A program made the position numbers and the translations under genes. A stretch of 64,000 nt of DNA, from the NCBI GenBank assembly GCA_964035545.1, contig OZ037773.1:4803751-4867750 (forward strand), written 5' to 3'. This document shows positions 56,115 to 64,000 of the stretch, piece after piece. The notes under the pieces are model-generated. The model was given only the letters and a program-made list of their open reading frames with translations. It had not been told where the DNA came from and made no database searches. Source of the stretch: Bugula neritina (lineage: Eukaryota; Animalia; Bryozoa). Each line of letters opens with the position of its first letter. Positions within the stretch are counted from its first letter, which is position 1.

Positions 56115-57000
56115 GATAAACTCACCATCCCTGTGAGAGACCCCTGATACAAGAGGTTTTTGTTAAATCAAGCTAAGGACTTATTCAGATGAGGTACATG
56201 AGCAATTATGAATGAATGCTCTTTTTAACATCACCAATGGCCTTTATTGGGGCTCAAACCCATGACTTTGTGCTTACTAACCCCTCATTCACACTTACCG
56301 TATCGTACGCCGTAACAGCAAAAATAAAATGGCGACGCTGTTGCATTTTGTCAACGGGTGTTCACACATTACCGTAAAAGTATAATGCATGACGTTGAGC
56401 TGTGACCAATCATAATAAAGCCAACTCTTGTCTGCGGTGATTTGAACGCCTTTGAATATTATTTACAAATTATTCGCAACATTCTTATCAAAAGATGTTA
56501 TATAAATGCTATTTACTAAATTATAAAAGCAATAACATGAAAAGAATCTTTCTTTTAAAGATATCCGTTTTTAAAATAATTGTGCAAACTAATTTAAATA
56601 ATGAATATTTAAGCCGTCCAAATCAGTTTTAAGTTTTTGGTTTGCTCGATTTTGTGATTAGGGAAAGCTAGATTTTTAAGCTGAGTTTAATTCAAACAAG
56701 CCGGATAAGGATTTTTTAATCTTTTAAAACTGTTGAATTGGTTAAATTAAATCAAAAATAAGCGATTAAAATAAACTAGCGAAAATGTTCTTTAAATTTT
56801 AGTACCAGGTCAACTCTACCCAATAGGAGCCCGCCGTGATTTTTTGAATCAAGCACTGCTTGATCAACGCCGCAACGTATACCGGAGTACGATTTAGCCC
56901 GGATGTTAACAAAACTCGCTAAAATTTGCTGTTACGGCGTACGGTACGGTAAGTGTGAATAGGGGGTAAGCAAGCGCTCTAACCCCTAGACCATGTCTGC
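56115..57000 (-). mobile_element. tRNA-derived SINE interrupted by a MITE
   Basis: Head at 56970-57000 and remainder at 56115-56280 rejoin to match 52813-53028. Confidence 0.8.
56281..56966. mobile_element. PIF/Harbinger-type MITE (686 bp)
   Basis: ~42-bp terminal inverted repeats (cccctcattcacacttaccgtatcgtacgccgtaacagcaaa / tttgctgttacggcgtacggtacggtaagtgtgaataggggg), TAA target duplication, no ORF. Confidence 0.9.
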
Positions 57001-58118
57001 TTTATAAGTACAGGGTACAGTGATATCATGTAATATTAAACACAAAGTAAAATGTAGATACTGCATACATGTCTCATTCAATATCAATTTGTTTAATATG
57101 TAAAGGGTACTAACCAATTAGCATACATATTTTATCAGCGCATCTCATTATGTGACACTCTCAACACCTTAGCAGTGATATAATGTGCTTTGTAGGCGTA
57201 CATATTAAATGCATTTCTGTTGTCAAGCATGATTTGAATTGTATGCGTTGAGGACTATGAAATAATATGATTTGACCAACAAACATTTTGAGGTTGACCT
57301 GCATGCAGCACTCTATTTAAAGGTAGAAGGGATGCATCTAAGTCAGCTAAGTTCTATAGTTTTAATGTAATGTGATGAATGCAGAAATTGGTGGCAACAG
57401 TTGAACATAGAAAGGGAAAATAATTGCGCACATTCTGTTTAACAGTTGCGAAATACCAAGGATTACATATTTTGTGCAGCATTCTAGTATAGCAAATCAT
57501 TTAAACTGTTATGTCCTTTTTCTGACAAGAGCTGCAATAGCTTCACTTTGTTATTGTTTTGAAGAATTGACAGTATATCCCTTATTATAATTTTTATAGG
57601 ATGCATGTGCAGATATTGTGAATGGAATGCTAATCTGAAAATCTATACTAACTATAATCAAGTGACAAGCTGTGCAGGTGCTTTTATTATTTGAAAGCTC
57701 CACCATGTGACACATACACACAACACATAGGCCTACTCTTTAATCAGAAGGGTCTGTTATACATTGGTAATTAAGTATTTTCAATGTATTAGTTTATTTT
57801 ACTAGGTAAATAATAATAATATTATTAATCAATAATAATCTATAAATAATAGATATAATAAAAAAACACAATCACTCAAAGTTGTATCTTTTCAAAACAG
57901 CTAACAAATATAAGACGTTTTAAAATTAAGAAATATGAAGAATTGCGAAGCATTCAAATTCAAATACACAGCACAGAAACACAATGGCATATAGCCTGTT
58001 ACACATTTGCTTTTTTTAGAAAGTAAATGAGAAAAGTTTTAAAATTAAAGCTATAGAATTCGTGGGATGATGTTACAACACATTTATGTAAAGAGTCACT
58101 GTCAATATCTAAATGTAG

Positions 58119-59090
58119 CTAGTTGTTGTTCACTTGTGGTGCGACAGCATTGCTTAATTTACACTTGAATACATTCCTCATTTGCTGAATGTAAGATAGG
58201 TTTAAATAAATAAATAAAATAACATTTAGAGTTCCATATAATCCCTGGACTAAGAAAGCGCTTACGTCAATTAATTTAGTTCTGTTCTCTGGCAGCTTGT
58301 CTAGTTTTTTCGCAATCATAGCAATGATTGGCGGAAAGAATGACATGTAAAACAAGATGCTTGTAAGCAACACATATTTTGCTGCTTTCTTAAGTTCTTC
58401 CTCTTCTGCAAGTTGAGCTGCTCTGTGAGACATCTGTTTTAGTTCCACACCCACTTTACCCAGAGTTACTATGGTTACCACAGCAGGTGCGCCAAAGAGT
58501 GGGAGCTGAACGGCAGTTGCCAATGGAGTCTGATTGGAGAATGTCAGGCCAAAACCATTGACACAGAAATTTCCGAAATAAAAGGATTTTATAATCACTG
58601 AAATCACAAAGCTGACAATCCAGATGATGATGTAGCCAACTGCCAAGTGTTGAACGACTTTGTTGGTCACATATTTGAATGGTGTGCAGATTGCAACATA
58701 CCGTTCATAACTTGCTAAAGCGAGGACAGAATTTCGAATTATCACGGATATAAAAGTTAGAATTGCAATTCCCAATAGAAGCATTTTGGAGGCATCTTTC
58801 TGCTGCTTCAGAATGAAAAGTTTCAGTGAACAATCCACTTGTAGAATAAGCATTAAACTAGCAAAAATATCAGAGGAGCCGATATTCATCAGAGTCCAGA
58901 AATACTTGGTACTTCTTAATTTCTTAATAGAAAATAGAACAATAATGTGTAAAATGTTTACCAATATTGTCACTGCACTGATGCTCACGATAGCCTTTGA
59001 CCCAGTTTTGTAACTACATATTTCTGAAACAGTCGAGTTGAAACACAGCAGGCTACTGTCTGATGTTTCGTTAGAGTCAGTCTGATCCAT
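58119..59090 (-). CDS. Intronless rhodopsin-class orphan GPCR, copy 2
   Basis: Paralog of 54715-55686 with the same 7TM motifs; ATG of MDQTDSNETS at 59090. Confidence 0.92.
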   Translation of the reverse strand: MDQTDSNETSDSSLLCFNSTVSEICSYKTGSKAIVSISAVTILVNILHIIVLFSIKKLRSTKYFWTLMNIGSSDIFASLMLILQVDCSLKLFILKQQKDASKMLLLGIAILTFISVIIRNSVLALASYERYVAICTPFKYVTNKVVQHLAVGYIIIWIVSFVISVIIKSFYFGNFCVNGFGLTFSNQTPLATAVQLPLFGAPAVVTIVTLGKVGVELKQMSHRAAQLAEEEELKKAAKYVLLTSILFYMSFFPPIIAMIAKKLDKLPENRTKLIDVSAFLVQGLYGTLNVILFIYLNLSYIQQMRNVFKCKLSNAVAPQVNNN

Positions 59091-59436
59091 GGCCTTTTTC
59101 TCCTCCAGAAAAACTAGAAACAAACTTCTTGTTTTCAAAATAAACTTTTGCTCATAACGTGACAACCCTCTGAGTCTGATAGAGTCACAGAAAGATGTGT
59201 CACTTAACTGTATTCTGTCTGCATGATTTATTCTATATTCTATATATACTGCATTGTATTATTTGAAAAATTAATATGTTATATACTGACACTGTTATTA
59301 CTTTTACTTTTAATCAGGGTTATTTATACTGATGTAATTATTTTAATTAAGCCTATTTTAGAATATAGAGAGTATAGGGTTGAATATACTCATTATAATC
59401 ATAGACCCATTTACACTCATGATAATTATAGACAGT

Positions 59437-59988
59437 TGTCACAAATTCTGAGTGTACATATACCTATAAATAGACTTACCGGGTTTTTCCTAATGATTAT
59501 ACAGGAATGTTCATAAATATTCTAGACTAATCAAAGAGATGGGTCATTGTTCATTATTACTGTTTTCATTAGTCATGTTAACTACTGCCCAGCAATGTAA
59601 ACAAGGTATTGCGCAATAATTGCGAAATAACCATGGAAATTCCAATGTTTTGTTTTGTTTTGATTTTCTATAAATAGTAGTGGCATGTGGGGAATGTTTC
59701 CTACTAGAATCTTCTATACTGGAATGCTTGAGAATGTTCTAGAGTTTTTTGTTTACTATAAATACTGAGGCAGTTGTGTTTACAGTTCAGTTCCTTTTTA
59801 TAAGTTCATTCTCAGAGTTCATTTTTATACATTCATCTGTGCATATCTCACTAGAGAAATAAAGTCTACTTATATCCACAACTCTATTTATTCACAACTG
59901 GATTAGCAAGCTGTATACTACTTGTCTATACACTTCTGACTACCAGACTTTTCGAACTCGTCACACTGCTACCTACAGTTTTGTGACA
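59437..59988 (+). repeat. 5' LTR (552 bp)
   Basis: Direct repeat of 63387-63938; TATAAATA and AATAAA inside. Confidence 0.96.
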
Positions 59989-59990
59989 AT

Positions 59991-60008
59991 TGGGGGCTTG
60001 TCCGGGAT
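59991..60008 (+). promoter_or_regulatory. Primer binding site, tRNA-Pro type
   Basis: TGGGGGCTTGTCCGGGAT, one G-U wobble from the canonical TGGGGGCTCGTCCGGGAT. Confidence 0.9.
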
Positions 60009-60084
60009 GTCTCAGTCGCACACAGGGAAGTTATTAGTTACAACGTGAGTATACACAGGATTAATTAACAGTTGTTGAGACATC

Positions 60085-60762
60085 ATGGCGTTGTTGGAGA
60101 GAGTGACACAAATGGGTAAAGATCTTGGACTGGTGGAGGACAAGCTCGTAGCTTTTGTTGAAAAGAACCTACCCATTGTTGCTGCACAAGAAGAAAAAGA
60201 AAAGGACCGAGAGGAAAAAGAAAAGGACCGAGAGGAGCGGAGATTAGAGCGTGAGGCGGAAAGGATCAGGCAAGAAAATGAGAAAGCCATAATGGAGATG
60301 AAGATAAAAGCTGACCAGGAGGCAGAAGAGAGAAGACAACAACATGAATTAGATATGGAAAAGCTGAAAGCAAACACAAGTTTGGAGCACTCAAGACATG
60401 AGAGCACCAGGTTAGAAATAGCTAACAAACCAAAACCAAAAATACCATTCTTTGATGAGAAGGTGGACGAAATGGATAGCTATTTAGAGCGGTTCGAGTG
60501 GGTTGCCGAAGGATGTAATTGGGACAAGGGAGATTGGCCCTACCATCTCAGTCAGTACCTAAGGGGTACAGCAACAGAAGCTTACATCCGGTTGTCACCT
60601 ACCGATCGTAGAGATTATAAAAAAGTTAAAGAAGCCTTGTTGGAGCGCTTTAACTTGACTCAAGAGGGCTACAGAAAAAAGCTCAGAGAGGCAGAAGCTT
60701 ACGAAGATGAAACTCCTGCCCAACTGTTCACTGAGGAAGGAAGTTCTACAGAAAGCTCATGA
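60085..60762 (+). CDS. gag: Truncated Gag (coiled coil plus SCAN-related capsid region)
   Basis: E/R/K-rich coiled coil, then PFFDEKVDEMDSYLERFE...W...YKKVKEALLERFNLTQEGYRKKLR; breaks after ETPAQL. Confidence 0.85.
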   Translation: MALLERVTQMGKDLGLVEDKLVAFVEKNLPIVAAQEEKEKDREEKEKDREERRLEREAERIRQENEKAIMEMKIKADQEAEERRQQHELDMEKLKANTSLEHSRHESTRLEIANKPKPKIPFFDEKVDEMDSYLERFEWVAEGCNWDKGDWPYHLSQYLRGTATEAYIRLSPTDRRDYKKVKEALLERFNLTQEGYRKKLREAEAYEDETPAQLFTEEGSSTESS

Positions 60763-63340
60763 CTGCATAATGAGCGGACACCTAGGAGTAAAGAAAACCA
60801 CTGATAGAGTGCTTTCCAACTTCTTCTGGCCAGGACTAAACGGAGATGTCGTACGTTTCTGTCAATCATGTGACATTTGCCAGAAGACGGTGAAAAAAGG
60901 CTCAGTCATGAAAGTTCCAGTACAGGAAACTCCACTAATTGACACCCCATTCAAGAGATGTGCAATAGACCTAATCGGACCAATTAACCCTCCAAGTGAG
61001 AAAGGACACCGCTACATCCTAACTTTAGTTGACTATGCTACAAGATACCCTGAAGCTACACCATTGAAGAATATTGACTCAGCTACTGTAGCTGAAGCGC
61101 TGCTTGACATATACAGTCGTGTTGGGATACCAGAGGAGGTGATAAGCGACCAAGGAACTCAATTCATCTCGGATTACATGAAAGAGTTTACCAGATTACT
61201 TGACATGCGACAACTTCCTACCTCACCATACCATGCAATGGCCAATGGACTTGTGGAAAAGTTCAACGGAACCCTCAAGAGTATGTTAAAAAAGTTGTGT
61301 GCTAAAGAGCCAAGACAGTGGCATCGGTTCATCAATGCGGCTCTATTTGCATATAGAGAAGTCCCACAGGAATCAACAGGCTTCGCCCCATTCGAGTTAC
61401 TCTATGGAAGAACTGTGCGTGGACCAATGTACATCCTGCGACAACTTTGGACAAAAGAAGACACTGCCGATGAAATCAAGACCTGCTATCAACATGTTTT
61501 TGAATTGAGAGAGCGTTTAGATGACATGATGGAAATGGCACTAGCTTCGCTAAAAGACAGTCAAAAAAGATACAAACACTATTTTGACAAGAAAGCTAAG
61601 CAGAGAGACTTCAGACCTGGTGACAAAGTGCTCATTCTTTTACCTACGGATGGAAATAAATTGCTGATGCATTGGCAAGGACCATTCAATATTGAGGAGA
61701 AAGTCAGACTGAATGACTACATTATCAACATTAGAGGCAAGAGGAGAACATACCATGCCAACATGCTGAAGAAATATTTTGAGCGGGAGACACCTACCGA
61801 CTCTATGACTGTTGGAGCTGTAATGACTTTAGATGCTGCTGGTACTGGAATTATTGATCATGATGAGGAAAGAGAAGAAGGCCAAGATGATTTGTTGGAC
61901 CTGTACAGTAAGAAACAGCAGACAGAAACAAGCAAAGATGTTATTCTGGGTGAAGAGCTGGAGAATCAGCAAAGAAGACAGCTGGAGGAGTTACTAAGAA
62001 AGTTTGAAGGTATCTTCAGTGACTTGCCAGGAAATGCAACGGGAATAGAACATTCTATCGAGCTCACGACTGATGAGCCAGTGAAATCCAAACCATATGG
62101 ATTGCCCTACAGGGTAAGAGAAACTCTCAAGGCGGACATCGAGGACATGTTGAAGATGGGTGTTATTCGGCCATCTACCTCTCCCTACGCCTCACCAACG
62201 GTGATAGTAAAGAAGCCAGATGGAAGCAACAGGATTTGTATAGACTATCGCAAACTAAACCGAGTCACAGTATTCGATCCTGAACCAATGGTGAAAACAG
62301 ATGACGTTTTCAGAAAGCTCAGTAAAGATAAATACTTTACCAAACTTGATTTATCCAAGGGATACTGGCAAATACCAGTGAAGAAAGAAGATATTCCTAA
62401 AACTGCATTTGTGACACCCGATGGACATTATGAATTCATCAAGATGCCATTTGGGATGGTTAACTCTGGAGCGACACTGGTGAGAGGGTTGAGAAAACTT
62501 TTTGTAAATCTGAAAGGAGTGGACAACTACATTGATGACATTCTAGTGCACACGGAAAGTTGGGAAGAACACGTTAAAATGCTAACAGAAGTTTTCAGCC
62601 GACTTGCCACAGCTGGACTTACCGTTAGACCAAGTAAATGTAGAGTAGGAGGAACAAACATGGAGTTCATCGGACATAAACTTTACAGGGGTGAAATCAA
62701 ACCAATGGATGACAACATTGAGAAAATTAGGGCTGCGCCAAGGCCAACCAATAAGACGCAAGTGAGATCGTTCATTGGACTTACTAGTTACTACAGAGAA
62801 TATATACCTCATTATTCAACTATAGCGAGTCCACTAACAGATTTAACAAAGAAGGGAGAACCAAAGAAAGTCAAATGGCAGGAACCACAAGAGAAGGCGT
62901 ACACCACCTTAAAAACAATGCTGACAAGTGCACCAATTTTAAAATTGCCAGATGTACACAAACCGTTTGTGCTAAGGACGGATGCATCAGATGTTGGGCT
63001 AGGGGCAGTGCTGATGCAGCCTCAGGATGGAAAGCTGTTCCCTGTGAGTTACGCAAGTAGGAAATTACTAGACCGAGAGAGAAACTACTCAGCCATAGAG
63101 AAAGAATGCTTAGCTGTGGTATGGGCGGTCAAGAAATATCTACAGTATTTATATGGTGTGGAGTTCGTGCTGCAGACTGATCACCAACCGCTGGTGTACA
63201 TCAATCAGGCCAAATTTGAGAACAGCAGAGTGATGAGATGGGCTATGTATTTACAGAACTTCAGAATCAAGGTGGAGTCAATTAAAGGAAAGGACAATGT
63301 TGGAGCCGATTATCTAAGCCGAATTGACTCAGAATTTTAA
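60707..63340 (+). CDS. pol: Pol lacking protease: integrase, reverse transcriptase, RNase H
   Basis: HHCC (AHD..GHLG..CQSCDIC); DDE core (IDLIGP, SDQGTQF, NGLVEKFN); GPF; RT (CIDYRKLN, LDLSKGYWQ, YIDD); RNase H (TDASDVGLGAVL, EKECLA, TDHQPL, ADYLSR). Confidence 0.95.
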   Translation: MKLLPNCSLRKEVLQKAHDCIMSGHLGVKKTTDRVLSNFFWPGLNGDVVRFCQSCDICQKTVKKGSVMKVPVQETPLIDTPFKRCAIDLIGPINPPSEKGHRYILTLVDYATRYPEATPLKNIDSATVAEALLDIYSRVGIPEEVISDQGTQFISDYMKEFTRLLDMRQLPTSPYHAMANGLVEKFNGTLKSMLKKLCAKEPRQWHRFINAALFAYREVPQESTGFAPFELLYGRTVRGPMYILRQLWTKEDTADEIKTCYQHVFELRERLDDMMEMALASLKDSQKRYKHYFDKKAKQRDFRPGDKVLILLPTDGNKLLMHWQGPFNIEEKVRLNDYIINIRGKRRTYHANMLKKYFERETPTDSMTVGAVMTLDAAGTGIIDHDEEREEGQDDLLDLYSKKQQTETSKDVILGEELENQQRRQLEELLRKFEGIFSDLPGNATGIEHSIELTTDEPVKSKPYGLPYRVRETLKADIEDMLKMGVIRPSTSPYASPTVIVKKPDGSNRICIDYRKLNRVTVFDPEPMVKTDDVFRKLSKDKYFTKLDLSKGYWQIPVKKEDIPKTAFVTPDGHYEFIKMPFGMVNSGATLVRGLRKLFVNLKGVDNYIDDILVHTESWEEHVKMLTEVFSRLATAGLTVRPSKCRVGGTNMEFIGHKLYRGEIKPMDDNIEKIRAAPRPTNKTQVRSFIGLTSYYREYIPHYSTIASPLTDLTKKGEPKKVKWQEPQEKAYTTLKTMLTSAPILKLPDVHKPFVLRTDASDVGLGAVLMQPQDGKLFPVSYASRKLLDRERNYSAIEKECLAVVWAVKKYLQYLYGVEFVLQTDHQPLVYINQAKFENSRVMRWAMYLQNFRIKVESIKGKDNVGADYLSRIDSEF

Positions 63341-63386
63341 GTAGTTAGGAGAAATGATCAAGATAATTTCTCTTAGAATGGGGGGT

Positions 63387-63938
63387 TGTCACAAATTCTG
63401 AGTGTACATATACCTATAAATAGACTTACCGGGTTTTTCCTAATGATTATACAGGAATGTTCATAAATATTCTAGACTAATCAAAGAGATGGGTCATTGT
63501 TCATTATTACTGTTTTCATTAGTCATGTTAACTACTGCCCAGCAATGTAAACAAGGTATTGCGCAATAATTGCGAAATAACCATGGAAATTCCAATGTTT
63601 TGTTTTGTTTTGATTTTCTATAAATAGTAGTGGCATGTGGGGAATGTTTCCTACTAGAATCTTCTATACTGGAATGCTTGAGAATGTTCTAGAGTTTTTT
63701 GTTTACTATAAATACTGAGGCAGTTGTGTTTACAGTTCAGTTCCTTTTTATAAGTTCATTCTCAGAGTTCATTTTTATACATTCATCTGTGCATATCTCA
63801 CTAGAGAAATAAAGTCTACTTATATCCACAACTCTATTTATTCACAACTGGATTAGCAAGCTGTATACTACTTGTCTATACACTTCTGACTACCAGACTT
63901 TTCGAACTCGTCACACTGCTACCTACAGTTTTGTGACA
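63387..63938 (+). repeat. 3' LTR (552 bp)
   Basis: Direct repeat of 59437-59988, followed by TSD acagt. Confidence 0.96.
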
Positions 63939-64000
63939 ACAGTAATAGCAACACTAATAATATTCAAGTATATTCTTTCCTATTTTACTTTGTTTTAAAG

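Larger units (their letters stand above)
59437..63938 (+). mobile_element. Gmr1-like Ty3/Gypsy LTR retrotransposon, internally deleted, 4502 bp
   Basis: 552-bp LTRs (59437-59988, 63387-63938) TGTCACAAA...TTTGTGACA, identical by eye; 5-bp TSD ACAGT; tRNA-Pro PBS; PPT agaatggggggt; INT-RT-RH order. Confidence 0.95.

Noticed and set aside
60012-60428. Antisense ORFs over gag, pol, GPCR and receptor exons
   Set aside because: Shadows of real coding sequence on the opposite strand

Overview
AT-rich, intron-containing eukaryotic (invertebrate animal-like) genomic DNA. (1) 113-23189, minus strand: the 5' part of a natriuretic-peptide-receptor-type (ANF-receptor family; membrane guanylyl cyclase/NPR) gene. 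One set of downstream exons (3516-3627, 606-801, 113-248, continuing off the left edge) is preceded by three separate signal-peptide plus ligand-binding-domain first coding exons (6411-7077, 14257-14980, 22466-23189), all ending at a phase-1 A|GTAAGT donor. Two of them lie in an ~8.2 kb tandem duplication in which I found no second exon. This looks like a protocadherin/UGT1-style variable-exon cassette array and is the main finding. (2) Two complete tandem 10-exon AGXT2-like aminotransferase genes (+), with a 6.1 kb gag-only LTR element with identical LTRs between them. (3) Two tandem intronless rhodopsin-class GPCR genes (-), with a Harbinger-type MITE nested in a tRNA-derived SINE between them. 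(4) A young Gmr1-type Gypsy element (integrase before RT) with an internal deletion removing the protease. Also SINE copies, an RTE LINE fragment, and micro/minisatellites, including an array of duplicated splice acceptors. Coordinates and identities were read by eye.
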